A DNA stretch of 64,000 nt, taken from Candidatus Pampinifervens sinense (GTDB lineage: Bacteria > Aquificota > Aquificia > Aquificales > Aquificaceae). Position numbers and translations under genes: made by a program. This document shows positions 46,673 through 57,450 of this stretch, one piece after another (position 1 is the first letter of the stretch; each line of letters opens with the position of its first letter). The notes below the pieces were generated by a model that made no database searches, was not told the DNA's origin, and was given only the letters and a program-made list of their open reading frames with translations. The DNA lies in NCBI GenBank assembly GCA_037927135.1, contig JAXSPP010000001.1, forward strand, positions 1-64,000. The letters run 5' to 3'.

Positions 46673-47988
46673 GATACCGCTACAGGCTTGAGGAAAAAAG
46701 GGAAAGGAGGCTTGGCTTTGTAAGGCTTATAAGAAGGCTTGCCATATTTGCCTTGTTTTTTATAGCCTTTTACCTTCTGTTCCTTTCCTTGGGTCTAAGA
46801 CCTCAGGTTTCAGAAGAGAGTCTAAAAGAGCTTTCTCTCATCCCCCTTGAGAAGACATACCATTTGAAGTTAAACAGGCCAATTGAGGAGGTAAAACTGT
46901 ATGTGGAAGAAAAGGGTCAAAGGAGAGAGATATACAAGGCCCTTTTTCAACAGCCCCAAAAGGAGTTCTCTTTTAAGCTAAAAGCCAAGGATGTAGGTTT
47001 AAAGGATGGTGAGGTGAGTTTGATATTGGAAGTGTCTTCTGGCTTTCTCAGGAGCAGAACTTACCACCTTAGAGCTTTGGTGGATACAGTGCCACCAAAG
47101 TTGGATATGATCTCTTACACCCCATACCCTTCCCTTGGTGGCACCTTTGCCCTAAAGGTAAAGGTAGGAGAGGAGGCTCAGGTTTATGTAGTGCAAGGAG
47201 AAGAAAGGTATAACCTATACCCTATGGGTGAAGGCTATTACTTTGGGCTTTTGCCCGTAAGGCTTGATAGAGAAGGAATACCCTTTATCCTTTATGCTAC
47301 GGATAAGGCGGGCAATTCCACATCACAGGGCCTTAAGCTAAACATAAGGCAGGTAAGGTTTAAAGAGGACAAAATAAACATAGATGACAACTTTATAAAC
47401 AGGGTTGTATTTCCACTTTTGAAGGATGAGGGAAAGGGTCTTACACCCCTTGAGGCCTTTAAAAGGGTAAATGAGGTTTGGCGTTCAAAGGATGTCAAAA
47501 AGGTAGAAGAGATAGGAAAAAGGAGCGAGCCAAGGGTCCTTTGGGAAGGTGCCTTTTTGCAACTGCCAAACAGCAAGGTCTTTGCCACCTATGGAGACAT
47601 AAGGTACTACTATTACAACGGAGAAAAGGTGAGCGAAAGCAGGCATATGGGCTTTGACTTTGCCTCTGTGGAAAGGGCGCCAGTGCCAGCTTCCAACTCG
47701 GGCGTGGTGGTCTTTACCGGAAGCCTTGGCATATATGGAAATACAGTAATCATTGACCATGGCATGGGCCTTATGAGCCTTTATGGGCATCTTTCGGAGA
47801 TAAGCGTAAAAGAAGGACAGTTTGTAAAAAAGGGTGAGATAATAGGAAGGACTGGAAATACGGGCTTTGCCCTTGGAGACCATCTTCACTTTGGCATACT
47901 GGTGCAAGGCTATGAGGTAAATCCGATTGAATGGCTTGATCCCAAATGGATAAAAAACAATGTGATCTCTGTTCTTGAGGCAAGATGA
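46669..47988 (+). CDS. M23 family metallopeptidase
   Basis: HMGFD, YGNTVIIDHG, YGHLS, HLHFG; N-terminal TM. Confidence 0.93.
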   Translation: MRYRYRLEEKRERRLGFVRLIRRLAIFALFFIAFYLLFLSLGLRPQVSEESLKELSLIPLEKTYHLKLNRPIEEVKLYVEEKGQRREIYKALFQQPQKEFSFKLKAKDVGLKDGEVSLILEVSSGFLRSRTYHLRALVDTVPPKLDMISYTPYPSLGGTFALKVKVGEEAQVYVVQGEERYNLYPMGEGYYFGLLPVRLDREGIPFILYATDKAGNSTSQGLKLNIRQVRFKEDKINIDDNFINRVVFPLLKDEGKGLTPLEAFKRVNEVWRSKDVKKVEEIGKRSEPRVLWEGAFLQLPNSKVFATYGDIRYYYYNGEKVSESRHMGFDFASVERAPVPASNSGVVVFTGSLGIYGNTVIIDHGMGLMSLYGHLSEISVKEGQFVKKGEIIGRTGNTGFALGDHLHFGILVQGYEVNPIEWLDPKWIKNNVISVLEAR

Positions 47989-48644
47989 AAAGGCTAAAGC
48001 ACAAGTTATCTCTTATTTTGGTTCCCTTTGTGGCCTTTCTTATAAGGCTTATGCACAAAACTATAAGCTGGGACAAGAGGATAGACTATGAGCTTTACAA
48101 AGGAAAAATAATAGCCCTTTTGCATGGTAATGCCCTTGGCGTGGCCATGCTTGGTATAGACAGAAATATATACACCTTGGTGAGTAGGTTCAGAGATGGA
48201 GATATTGCAGAAAGGTTTTTGCTTAGCCTCGGCTATAGGGTTATAAGGGGTTCTACGGAGGAGGGAAAGCCCCAAAAGGGTGGTAGCGTGGGACTTTTGA
48301 AGCTTTTAAAAGTTTTAAAAGAAGGCCAAACGGTAGCCATCACTGTGGATGGTCCAAAAGGTCCCTATGGAAAGGTCAAGCCCGGCATAATCCTTTTGGC
48401 GCAAAAGTCGGGAATACCCATAATCCCTGTGTATGTCAGCTTTGACTGGTGCATCAAGCTTAACACTTGGGATAAATTTACCATTCCACTTCCCTTTTCA
48501 AAGGCGAAGGTAAGGATAGGCCATCCCATATGGGTGCTTCCGGAAGATAGCGTGGAGGTCAAGAGGGAGGAGCTGGAGGAGGTCCTTTCCTCTCTTTCTT
48601 TGGGAAAACCCTTAGAGAAATCTCTGGAGCAAACAAAAAGCTAA
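47985..48644 (+). CDS. DUF374 / lysophospholipid acyltransferase family protein
   Basis: LVSRFRDGD, IRGST, ITVDGPKGP, WDKFTIPLPFS. Confidence 0.88.
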   Translation: MKRLKHKLSLILVPFVAFLIRLMHKTISWDKRIDYELYKGKIIALLHGNALGVAMLGIDRNIYTLVSRFRDGDIAERFLLSLGYRVIRGSTEEGKPQKGGSVGLLKLLKVLKEGQTVAITVDGPKGPYGKVKPGIILLAQKSGIPIIPVYVSFDWCIKLNTWDKFTIPLPFSKAKVRIGHPIWVLPEDSVEVKREELEEVLSSLSLGKPLEKSLEQTKS

Positions 48645-49728
48645 AGCTTCCCAGCAGGGTTGTTATGAGAACCAAGAGGAAGGCCATGGATTGGGCCGGT
48701 TCATAAAAGCTTGCAAAGATTACAGAGAACTCACCTCTCTGTAAGAAGGATAAGGAGGCCCTAAAGGCTGTCCTCTTCCCAAGTCCATAAAGGAGCGCAC
48801 CCCAGTAAGTAGAAAAAAGCTTGGTGATTATAGAAAGAAGAGCAATCAATATGAAAAACCAAGGGTTGAAGTCAAAGCTTAGCTTGGAATTAAAAGTAAA
48901 CATAAAGAAAAAGACTCCAACGGAGAGTTCTTTTAACTCAGAGAGGGATTTTTCTACAACTTCAAAAACCCTGCTTTTTTCTGGCACTATAACGCCAAGC
49001 ATAAAAGCTATAAGTGCATCGGACAAGCCAAGGCTTAAACTAAATCCAGAAGATACAAGCAAAAAGCCAAGAACAAAAAAGGGAACAAGTTCTTCCTCTA
49101 CCCTTTTTTCCATATATTCAAAAAACTTCTCCACCAACCCCCTTAAAAGATAGAACATACTAAACAAAAGGATTATGGCAAGAATGCCTCTCAAAAGGCT
49201 CAACGTATCAGGACTGCCTTTTAAAGTAAAGCCTGTAAGAAGTGAAAGAAGGATAATGCTTATTAAGTCTTCAAATATAAGGACTCCTATTAAAAACTCC
49301 GCCTCTGGATTTACAAGCCTTTTATAGTCCATAAGTAGCTTGGCCGTTATGGCTGTGCTACTTGGATAGACTATAGCGCCTACAGCCAAGGAAAATAGGA
49401 AGTTTTGTGTGAATAGATAAGAAAGGCCAAAGGCTGGCAAAAAGTTAAAAAGAAAGTCTATAATGCCGGGCTTTAAAAGCTTTTTCATCCCGATAAGCCT
49501 TTCAAAGGAATACTCAAGACCTATAAAGAAGAAAAGTAAAACCACTGCTAAATGTTCAAAAATGATAAATGCCTCTTGTATTTTTTCTGGGAAGATAAAC
49601 TTGCCAAGAAACCCGGCCAGTATAAAAGAGAGGATATATGGCACTTTAAGCTTTGAAAGTGAATAGGTGGAAAAAAACAAAAGTAGAAAGACACCGCCGG
49701 CAAGTATAAAGTCCTGTGAACTGTGCAT
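48559..49728 (-). CDS. CPA2 cation:proton antiporter (KhtU/YhaU-like), copy 1
   Basis: LLFFFIGLEYS, YPSSTAITAK, LIFEDL, QRGEFSVI. Confidence 0.9.
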   Translation of the reverse strand: MHSSQDFILAGGVFLLLFFSTYSLSKLKVPYILSFILAGFLGKFIFPEKIQEAFIIFEHLAVVLLFFFIGLEYSFERLIGMKKLLKPGIIDFLFNFLPAFGLSYLFTQNFLFSLAVGAIVYPSSTAITAKLLMDYKRLVNPEAEFLIGVLIFEDLISIILLSLLTGFTLKGSPDTLSLLRGILAIILLFSMFYLLRGLVEKFFEYMEKRVEEELVPFFVLGFLLVSSGFSLSLGLSDALIAFMLGVIVPEKSRVFEVVEKSLSELKELSVGVFFFMFTFNSKLSFDFNPWFFILIALLSIITKLFSTYWGALLYGLGKRTAFRASLSFLQRGEFSVIFASFYEPAQSMAFLLVLITTLLGSFSFLFAPEISLRVFPKKERKGPPPAPPS

Positions 49729-49729
49729 C

Positions 49730-50215
49730 TTATGTGCTACACCTTCCGCAGAGTTCCAAAAAGTGATTTATCTGTGGCCTTGTGCCTACAACTATAAGTA
49801 TGTCCCCCAGTTCTATTTTTTCCTTGTAAGGGTCTGGGCTTGGTATTATCTTACCTTTCCTATCTATGGCTATCACCGACACACCTGTAGTTCTCCTTAT
49901 TTGAAGCTCTGCTATGGTTTTGTTTATAAAGTTTGAACCACTTTCCACCTTTACCCACTCCATCACCACTTCCTTCAATATAAGCTCCATTTTTTCCGCT
50001 TTTATAGGTTGATAGGTAGCGCCAGCCAAAAGAAAGCCAAGATCCTTTGCCTCCTCTTCTGTGAGCTCAAAGACGCACACAGGTTCCTCTTCTTCCATAA
50101 TGTATATCTCTCTACGGCCCGTATTGTATATAACCAAAACGAGGTCTCTCCCCTCCCTCAGCCTCATAGAATACTTTTTGCCTATACCCGGCAGGTCTGT
50201 TTCTCTAATTTCCAT
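49730..50215 (-). CDS. K+/H+ antiporter regulatory subunit (KhtT/YhaT, TrkA-C)
   Basis: IRETDLPGIGKKY, IRRTTGVSVIAIDR, PSPDP, GDILIVVG. Confidence 0.92.
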   Translation of the reverse strand: MEIRETDLPGIGKKYSMRLREGRDLVLVIYNTGRREIYIMEEEEPVCVFELTEEEAKDLGFLLAGATYQPIKAEKMELILKEVVMEWVKVESGSNFINKTIAELQIRRTTGVSVIAIDRKGKIIPSPDPYKEKIELGDILIVVGTRPQINHFLELCGRCST

Positions 50216-50246
50216 AATTAAATATTTTACAACTTAAAGCCTCTTC

Positions 50247-51383
50247 CTATTTTTTAGTAAAGATTAGTTGAGACATCTTTGGAGCTACTACAAAGCTAAA
50301 GCTGCCCAAAAAGGCTGTAAGGATGACCAAAAGGAAGACTATGGATTGGGTGCTTTCATAAAAGCTTGCAAAGATTACAGAGAACTCACCCCTCTGTAAG
50401 AAGGATAAGGAAGACCTTAAGGCTATTCTTTTTTCAAGACCATAAAGTATGGCTCCCCAGTAGGTGGATAAAAGCTTTAGCAATATGGAAAGAAGTAAAA
50501 GCGCAGTAAACAGCCACCAGCTAAAATCAAAGCTTAATTTTGCGCGGAAGGTAAGCATAAAGAAGAACACTCCCAAAGAAAGCTCCTTTAGACCCAAAAG
50601 ATACTTCTCTATTGTTTTAAAGGTTCTGCTTTCCTCCGGTACCATTACACCCAACATAAAGGCTACAAGAGCATCGGATATGCCAAGTTTTAGACTAAAG
50701 CCAGAAGATAGGATCAAAAAGCCAAGCACTAAAAAGGGGATAAGCTCCTCATCCACATTTTTATCAAGATAATAAAAGGCTTTTTTTGATACATTCCTCA
50801 ACAGATAGAAAAGGCTAAACAATAAAAGGACAGCAAGCATTCCCCTCAAAAAACTAAAAATGTCTACCTGACCTTCCGAGGCCATTCCCACAAGTATAGA
50901 AAGAAGCACTATACTAATCAGATCTTCAAATATAAGTAGTCCTACCAAAAACTCCGCTTCCGGATTTATAAGCCTTCTGTAATCAATAAGAAGCTTAGCA
51001 GTTATTGCTGTGCTGGTTGGGTATATTACAGCACCCATTACGAAGGAAAAAAGAAGGTCCTTAGTAAAAAGGTAAGATAAAAGTAAAGGAGGGAAAAAGT
51101 TGAGGACAAAACCCAAAAGACCAGGTACTACTATCTTCGTCATTCCTGCTAATCTTTCAAAGGAGTAGCTTAAGCCAATAAAGAAAAACAGAAGAGTGAT
51201 AGCCAAGTATTCAAAGATGGTTAACACCTCCTCCATTTTCCAAGGGAAGAAAAACCTACCTACAAAGCCTGCCAACATAAAGGAAAGCACGTGCGGGACT
51301 TTTAGCTTAGACAAGAGAAAAGATAGAAAGAATAAAATTAGAAACACGCTACTGGCTAATATAAAGTCCTCTGAATTGCTCAT
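50247..51383 (-). CDS. CPA2 cation:proton antiporter (KhtU/YhaU-like), copy 2
   Basis: Full-length paralogue of 48559-49728 with the same motifs. Confidence 0.9.
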   Translation of the reverse strand: MSNSEDFILASSVFLILFFLSFLLSKLKVPHVLSFMLAGFVGRFFFPWKMEEVLTIFEYLAITLLFFFIGLSYSFERLAGMTKIVVPGLLGFVLNFFPPLLLSYLFTKDLLFSFVMGAVIYPTSTAITAKLLIDYRRLINPEAEFLVGLLIFEDLISIVLLSILVGMASEGQVDIFSFLRGMLAVLLLFSLFYLLRNVSKKAFYYLDKNVDEELIPFLVLGFLILSSGFSLKLGISDALVAFMLGVMVPEESRTFKTIEKYLLGLKELSLGVFFFMLTFRAKLSFDFSWWLFTALLLLSILLKLLSTYWGAILYGLEKRIALRSSLSFLQRGEFSVIFASFYESTQSIVFLLVILTAFLGSFSFVVAPKMSQLIFTKK

Positions 51384-51464
51384 AACATTAATAAGTTTAG
51401 TAGAATTGTCTTATCAAGGTGTTTGATATAAAAAAAAAGTGAAGGGAAGTTTAATCTGCGGCTT

Positions 51465-51896
51465 TTAATGCTTTTCTTCTTTACCCTCCTGAGGTGGGTT
51501 GTACAAAAAGCCTGTTATTCCACCCCAAACTATGTGTAGTATGATCAAAGATATTTGGGCGCTGGCGCTCATAGGCCTTTGAAACCACTCCGCACCACCC
51601 AAGCCACCTATCAAAGAGACAATAATTACAAATATATGCCATGCTATACCGTAAAGGATGCCCTTCACAAGACCTGGGCCAGGTATTTTGTTCCACACAA
51701 AGGGAAGGACCAAGGGAATAGCAAAGAGTGTGGCATCTATCTGGTGGTGTATAAACCAAGCCGGATCCTTAATCCCTGGGAAGAGGCCAAACAGGCCAAA
51801 CCATTTGGCATAAACCTCATCCAATAAAACCATAGCATAGCCACCCATTTGACTTGCAAAGAGGAAGCTCCAGAAGTTTACCCCCTTTATAACCAT
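51465..51896 (-). CDS. Hypothetical 4-TM membrane protein with intramembrane His residues
   Basis: 143-aa hydrophobic ORF, AAGGAGG SD, own TTGACA/TATCAT promoter; WFIHHQ, GIAWH, LHIVWG. Confidence 0.7.
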   Translation of the reverse strand: MVIKGVNFWSFLFASQMGGYAMVLLDEVYAKWFGLFGLFPGIKDPAWFIHHQIDATLFAIPLVLPFVWNKIPGPGLVKGILYGIAWHIFVIIVSLIGGLGGAEWFQRPMSASAQISLIILHIVWGGITGFLYNPPQEGKEEKH

Positions 51897-51918
51897 GGCG
51901 AATCCCTCCTTATAGCAA

Positions 51919-51972
51919 ATGATATTTAATCTCTTTCTGGTGTCAATAAAAACTCCTTATATACTCTATAAG
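51919..51972 (-). promoter_or_regulatory. Sigma70-type promoter plus upstream CTTATA-N5-TATAAG palindrome
   Basis: TTGACA 51946-51941, 16 bp, TATCAT 51924-51919; CTTATATACTCTATAAG 51956-51972. Confidence 0.5.
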
Positions 51973-51987
51973 CCCTCTTTATGTGTT

Positions 51988-52368
51988 TTACTCTTGCTTT
52001 TTAATTATCTTCAGAAGGTCTTTCCTTTCTGTAAGAACTATGGATTTTATATTCTCATCCTTTTGATAGGCTTCGAGAAACTCCTTTTGTATAAACTCAA
52101 TAAGCTTTTGGATCTGGGCCTCAAGCTCTTCTATCTGTTCTTTCATCCTCAGTATGATATCTATTCCTGCAAGGTTTACGCCAAAATCCCTGCTTAGGGT
52201 GATTATAAGCTCAAGCCTTTCCAAGTCTTCATCGGTGTAATACCTTGTCCTTCCCTTGCTCCTTGTAGGCTTTATTAGCCCTTCCTTTTCATAAAGCCTT
52301 AATGTCTGTGGGTGTATGTTGAACATGCTGGCTACCACTCCTATGGTGTAAAGCCTAGTCTTCTTCAT
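51988..52368 (-). CDS. hspR: Heat-shock repressor HspR (MerR family)
   Basis: [36 protein letters not shown]; directly downstream of dnaJ. Confidence 0.9.
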   Translation of the reverse strand: MKKTRLYTIGVVASMFNIHPQTLRLYEKEGLIKPTRSKGRTRYYTDEDLERLELIITLSRDFGVNLAGIDIILRMKEQIEELEAQIQKLIEFIQKEFLEAYQKDENIKSIVLTERKDLLKIIKKQE

Positions 52369-53507
52369 GTCTGCCTCTCCTTTATGCGTTTGGGTTCTGG
52401 TAGGAGTTTATCTAGTTCTTCAAGGATCTGCTTTATCCTTTTACCATCTCCAAAGATCTTATCAAAGAAGCCAAGCTTTGGAACATCTATATGTATCCTA
52501 ACAAACAGGTCTCCCCTTCCTTCTGACATAAGCTTTGGCATACCATAGCCTTCCACCCTTATAGTCTCTCCCTCTTGCACTCCAGGTGGCACCTTTACTT
52601 TGACCTTCCCACCCTCAATGGTAGGTACTTCTATTTCCGTTCCAAGTATGGCTTCCGTTATCTTTATGTAGGCATCCACATAGAGGTTGTTGCCCCTTCT
52701 TTCAAAGATAGGATGGGGTTTTACCTTTACGGTTATTATGAGGTCTCCCGGAGGGCCTCCAAACTTGCCCGCATGTCCCTTGCCCTCTGCCATTATCCTA
52801 CTTCCCGTATCCACACCCGGTGGTATCCTTACCTTTACCTCTTCCCTCTGCGGTATGGTAGCTCTACCCCTACACTTGGGACATGCTTCCCTTATAACAC
52901 CTTCACCACCGCAGGTTGGGCAAGTTTGAGATATGGTTATGAAGAACTGCCTTTGAACTACCTCACCCCTTCCACCGCAGGTGGGACATACCCTTTCACC
53001 CTTTGTAGGATCGTAGCCCCTTCCACCGCAGACATCACAGGCCACCTCCCTCACTAAGGGTATGCTCACCACCGTGCCTCTAAAGGCTTCTTCTAAGCTT
53101 AACTCCACTGTGTAGTATATGTCCTCTCCCTTTATAGGTCTTCTCTGCTCCCTTCTCCTCCTTCTTGTGGCTCTTTCAAAGATGTCTTCAAAGCCGAAGT
53201 TTTTGAACACCTCTTCAAAGATGTCACCTATGTTTTGGAAGACCACCTCTTGATACTCTTGGCCTCCGGGTTGTGCAGAAAAGGCCGCATGGCCATACTG
53301 ATCGTAGAGCTTTCTCTTCTCTGGATCGGAAAGCACCTGGTAGGCCTCGTTTATCTCTTTGAACTTCTCTTGAGCCTCTGGGTCCTTGTTAAAGTCTGGA
53401 TGATACTTTCTGGCAAGCCTACGGTATGCCTTCTTTATCTCCTCTTGGGTGGCGTTCCTCGGCACTCCAAGTATCTCGTAGTAATCCTTCTTAGTTGAGT
53501 TCGCCAT
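52365..53507 (-). CDS. dnaJ: Molecular chaperone DnaJ
   Basis: J-domain with HPD, four CxxCxGxG-type zinc repeats, C-terminal domain. Confidence 0.97.
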   Translation of the reverse strand: MANSTKKDYYEILGVPRNATQEEIKKAYRRLARKYHPDFNKDPEAQEKFKEINEAYQVLSDPEKRKLYDQYGHAAFSAQPGGQEYQEVVFQNIGDIFEEVFKNFGFEDIFERATRRRRREQRRPIKGEDIYYTVELSLEEAFRGTVVSIPLVREVACDVCGGRGYDPTKGERVCPTCGGRGEVVQRQFFITISQTCPTCGGEGVIREACPKCRGRATIPQREEVKVRIPPGVDTGSRIMAEGKGHAGKFGGPPGDLIITVKVKPHPIFERRGNNLYVDAYIKITEAILGTEIEVPTIEGGKVKVKVPPGVQEGETIRVEGYGMPKLMSEGRGDLFVRIHIDVPKLGFFDKIFGDGKRIKQILEELDKLLPEPKRIKERQT

Positions 53508-53539
53508 GTAAATAGATTTTAGTCAAGTTTTATCAAATT

Positions 53540-54178
53540 TCAAGGGCCCGCCACCATGCAGAAAAAGCCCCCTTCTGGATGAAAGCCCTCTTTTATTTCC
53601 TTGTTTTTTACAGGCCTTTGATCCTGTGGCTCTTCAAAGAGGGTGCTAAAAACTCTTTTGAGTTCAAAGCCAGCATCTTTTAGCATATTACTTACCTCGC
53701 AAAAGCTGTAAAACTTAGCATGAGAGTATATAGGGTGGCCTTTCTTTGCCTTTTTTATATAAAACTTAGCCCAAGGGCTCTCAGAGAGCACAAGCCCTAA
53801 AAAGAGCCTTCCATCCTCCCTTAGCACCCTCCTTGCAGACCTAAGGGCCTTCAGAGGGTCTTCAAAAAAGCAAAGGGAAACAATCATAAAGATGCTTTTA
53901 AAACTTCCGTCCTTGAAAGGAAGCTCCTCAGCCCTTGCCATAAGGACCTTTAGACCTCTGCCTTTTGCCATCTTCAAAAGCTCAAAGGAGGTGTCCACAC
54001 CCACATCCACATTCAAAGCCTTGGCAAACCTTCCACTGCCCACTCCCACCTCAAGGGAAGGACCTTCTATTGGACCACACCTTTTTAAACACTCAACCTC
54101 CAGAGGAAAAACGGAACTTCCAAAGGGCAAATCGTACCAAAGGTCATACCTTTCTGCATAAAGGTCAAATACTCTCAT
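53540..54178 (-). CDS. Class I SAM-dependent methyltransferase
   Basis: FDLYAERYDLWY, LEVGVGSGRF, AEELPF. Confidence 0.9.
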   Translation of the reverse strand: MRVFDLYAERYDLWYDLPFGSSVFPLEVECLKRCGPIEGPSLEVGVGSGRFAKALNVDVGVDTSFELLKMAKGRGLKVLMARAEELPFKDGSFKSIFMIVSLCFFEDPLKALRSARRVLREDGRLFLGLVLSESPWAKFYIKKAKKGHPIYSHAKFYSFCEVSNMLKDAGFELKRVFSTLFEEPQDQRPVKNKEIKEGFHPEGGFFCMVAGP

Positions 54179-54195
54179 ATGTTAAACTATAAACT

Positions 54196-55635
54196 ATGCT
54201 TTGGAAAAAGTCCGCCTATGAGCTTGTAAACCTCATAAAGAAAAGGGAAGTGCATCCAAAGGAGGTGCTTGAAAGCTTCTATGAGAGGTTTTCTCAAACG
54301 GAAGAAAAGGTAAAAGCCTACATCACACCCCTCTATGAGGAGGCTTTAAAAGAAGCGGAAAGGATGGACATCTCAGAAGACAAGCCCCTTTTGGGCATTC
54401 CAGTGGCCATAAAGGACAACATAAATGTGAAGGGCTATCCTACCACATGCGCCTCTAAAATACTCCAGGGCTATATATCTCCCTATGATGCTACCGTTAT
54501 AGAAAGGCTAAAGAGGGCTGGAGCCCTTATAGTGGGAAAGACAAATATGGACGAGTTTGCCATGGGCTCCTCCACCGAGTATTCTGCCTTTTTTAAGACA
54601 AGGAATCCATGGGACCTTGAGAGGGTCCCCGGTGGGTCCTCCGGTGGCTCTGCGGTGGCGGTGGCGGTGAGGTCTGCACCCCTTTCCTTGGGTTCTGATA
54701 CGGGAGGTTCTATCCGCCAACCTGCCAGCTTTTGTGGTGTTATAGGACTAAAGCCTACCTATGGTAGGGTATCCCGTTATGGCCTTGTGGCCTTTGCCTC
54801 CTCCCTTGACCAGATAGGTCCCTTTGCAAGGAAGACGGAAGACATAGCCCTCATCATGGAGGTTATCTCCGGCCATGACCCGAAGGACTCCACAAGCAGT
54901 AAAAGGGAGGTTCCAAAGTTCACACAGGAGCTTGGCAAGGATGTAAAGGGTCTGAGGGTTGGTATAGTAAAGGAGTTTATGGAAGACGGTGTGGAGGAAG
55001 GTGTCAAAAGGGCCTTTGAAGGCTTTTTAAAGGAGATGGAGAGGGAAGGAGTTTACATAGAAGAGATCTCCCTTCCCCATGTGAAATACGCCATACCCTG
55101 CTACTATATAATAGCCCCCTCCGAGGCCTCCTCCAACCTTGCCCGCTATGACGGTGTGAGGTTTGGCTACAGAACGGAGAAGTACCAAGACCTTATAGAT
55201 ATGTATTCCAAGACAAGGGACGAGGGCTTTGGCCCTGAGGTAAAGAGAAGGATACTCCTTGGCACCTTTGCCCTCTCTGCTGGCTACTATGATGCCTACT
55301 ATCTTAAGGCCATGAGGGTAAGAAGGCTCATAGCCCAAGACTTTGAAAAGGCCTTTGAAAGGGTAGACCTTATAGCCACTCCCACCTCACCAACGGTGGC
55401 CTTCCGCTTTGGAGAAAAAACAGATGACCCCATAGCCATGTACCTTTCGGATGTTTTCACCGTAAGTGTAAACTTGGCGGGCCTTCCTGGCATATCCATT
55501 CCTATAGGCATGTCCAACAACCTGCCGGTAGGCGGACAGCTCATAGGTAAGGCCTTTGATGAGGCCACCTTACTTAGAGTATCCTACTGGTGGGAACAGG
55601 TATACAAACACTACGAGATAGATCCTCCTTTGTAA
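54196..55635 (+). CDS. gatA: Asp/Glu-tRNA amidotransferase subunit A
   Basis: [41 protein letters not shown]. Confidence 0.97.
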   Translation: MLWKKSAYELVNLIKKREVHPKEVLESFYERFSQTEEKVKAYITPLYEEALKEAERMDISEDKPLLGIPVAIKDNINVKGYPTTCASKILQGYISPYDATVIERLKRAGALIVGKTNMDEFAMGSSTEYSAFFKTRNPWDLERVPGGSSGGSAVAVAVRSAPLSLGSDTGGSIRQPASFCGVIGLKPTYGRVSRYGLVAFASSLDQIGPFARKTEDIALIMEVISGHDPKDSTSSKREVPKFTQELGKDVKGLRVGIVKEFMEDGVEEGVKRAFEGFLKEMEREGVYIEEISLPHVKYAIPCYYIIAPSEASSNLARYDGVRFGYRTEKYQDLIDMYSKTRDEGFGPEVKRRILLGTFALSAGYYDAYYLKAMRVRRLIAQDFEKAFERVDLIATPTSPTVAFRFGEKTDDPIAMYLSDVFTVSVNLAGLPGISIPIGMSNNLPVGGQLIGKAFDEATLLRVSYWWEQVYKHYEIDPPL

Positions 55636-55656
55636 GCTCTGGTAAAATATTCACCT

Positions 55657-57450
55657 ATGCTCAAGCGCACAAAGTACTGCGGACACATCTCCGAAGAGGA
55701 CCTAAACAAAGAGGTTATCCTAAACGGGTGGGTGCATAGGATAAGGAATCATGGTGGTGTTATATTCATTGACCTAAGGGACAGAGAGGGCATAGTACAG
55801 TGCGTAGTAGAGGAGAAGGACAATCCAAAGGCTTATGACCTTGCGGACTCTTTGAGATCCGAGTATGTGGTGGCCATAAGGGGCAAGGTAAGGAGAAGAC
55901 CACCGGGCACGGAAAACCCAAAGCTAAAAACGGGCAACTACGAAGTTGTTATAGAGGATCTTGAAATTTTAAACACCTCCGAAGCACCACCCTTCCCCAT
56001 AGATGAAGAAACACCCCTCTCGGAAGAGACAAAGCTTCGCTACCGATACCTTGACCTAAGAAGGGAAAGCATGAAAGAGAACCTCCTTTTCCGACACAGG
56101 GCCTATCAGGTTGTAAGGAAGGTCTTTGTGGAAGAGGGCTTTGTGGAGATAGAAACTCCCTTCCTTACCAAATCCACACCGGAGGGTGCGAGGGACTTTT
56201 TAGTCCCTTCAAGGCTACATCCTGGTAAGTTCTACGCCCTTCCCCAATCTCCCCAGCTTTTCAAACAAATTCTAATGGTGGCTGGCTTTGACAGATACTT
56301 TCAAATAGTGAAATGTCTAAGGGATGAGGACCTAAGGGCTGACCGCCAGCCCGAGTTTACCCAGATAGACTTTGAGATGTCCTTTGTGGATGAAGAGGAT
56401 GTGATGGCCTTTAGTGAAAGGCTAATAGCCACCCTCTTTAAGGAGCTTTTGGGTGTAGAGCTCAAAAGGCCCTTTGATAGAATATCCTACGCTGAAGCCT
56501 TGGAAAGATATGGGTCTGACAAGCCAGACAGGCGCTTTGGCTTAGAGCTTATAGACCTAACGGATATCTTTTCAAACACAGAGTTTAAAGTCTTTCGCCA
56601 AGCTATAGACAATGGTGGTGTGGTAAAGGCCATAAACTTTAAAGGTTCAAACCTATCAAGGAAAGAGATTGATGAACTTGTTCAGTTTGTCCAAGGCCTT
56701 GGTGCCAAAGGCCTCGCATGGATAAAGGTGGAAGAAGACAGGCTAAACTCACCCATAGTAAAGTTCTTCTCCCAAGAGGAGACACAAAGGCTACTTGAAA
56801 GAGTTCAGGCTGAAGTGGGTGATGTTATTTTCTTCTCTGCAGACAAAAGGGAGATGGTATATAAGATCCTTGGCAATTTACGGCTACACATAGGCAGGAA
56901 GTATAATCTTATAAACACACAAAACTTTGATGTCTTTTGGGTGGTAGATTTCCCACTTATGGAGTGGGACGAAGAAGAGAAAAGGTTTGTATCTTTGCAC
57001 CACCCCTTTACCTCACCAAGGGAGGAGGACATTCCCCTTTTGAAAAAAGCCTTGGAAGTGGAAGACTTGGAGGAGAAGAAAAGGCTTGTTCATTCGGTGA
57101 GGGCAAGGGCCTATGACCTTGTGATAAACGGCTATGAGGTGGGTGGTGGGTCCATAAGGATACACAAGAGGGAGGTTCAAGAGCTTGTCTTTAGGCTTCT
57201 TCAAATATCGGATATGGAGGCAAGGGAGAAGTTTGGCTTTCTTCTTGACGCTTTAAAGTATGGTGCACCTCCCCATGGGGGCCTTGCCTTTGGCTTTGAC
57301 AGGCTCTTGGCCATTATGAGAGGCCTTGATTCCATAAGGGATGTGATAGCCTTTCCCAAGACCCAAAAGGGCATATGCCCACTAACGGGCGCACCAGACT
57401 ATGTGGAACCAAAACAGTTAAAAGAGCTTCATATAAGGGTGGTGGAGTGA
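55657..57450 (+). CDS. aspS: Aspartate--tRNA ligase (likely non-discriminating Asp/Asn)
   Basis: [47 protein letters not shown]. Confidence 0.97.
   Translation: MLKRTKYCGHISEEDLNKEVILNGWVHRIRNHGGVIFIDLRDREGIVQCVVEEKDNPKAYDLADSLRSEYVVAIRGKVRRRPPGTENPKLKTGNYEVVIEDLEILNTSEAPPFPIDEETPLSEETKLRYRYLDLRRESMKENLLFRHRAYQVVRKVFVEEGFVEIETPFLTKSTPEGARDFLVPSRLHPGKFYALPQSPQLFKQILMVAGFDRYFQIVKCLRDEDLRADRQPEFTQIDFEMSFVDEEDVMAFSERLIATLFKELLGVELKRPFDRISYAEALERYGSDKPDRRFGLELIDLTDIFSNTEFKVFRQAIDNGGVVKAINFKGSNLSRKEIDELVQFVQGLGAKGLAWIKVEEDRLNSPIVKFFSQEETQRLLERVQAEVGDVIFFSADKREMVYKILGNLRLHIGRKYNLINTQNFDVFWVVDFPLMEWDEEEKRFVSLHHPFTSPREEDIPLLKKALEVEDLEEKKRLVHSVRARAYDLVINGYEVGGGSIRIHKREVQELVFRLLQISDMEAREKFGFLLDALKYGAPPHGGLAFGFDRLLAIMRGLDSIRDVIAFPKTQKGICPLTGAPDYVEPKQLKELHIRVVE

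Noticed and set aside
51412-51428. Inverted repeat TATCAA-N5-TTGATA as an FNR/CRP site
   Set aside because: Orientation and spacing do not match TTGAT-N4-ATCAA; single occurrence.
53508-53540. Possible HspR (HAIR) operator upstream of dnaJ (CTTGACT on the minus strand)
   Set aside because: Only one half-site resembles CTTGAGT-N7-ACTCAAG; insufficient support.
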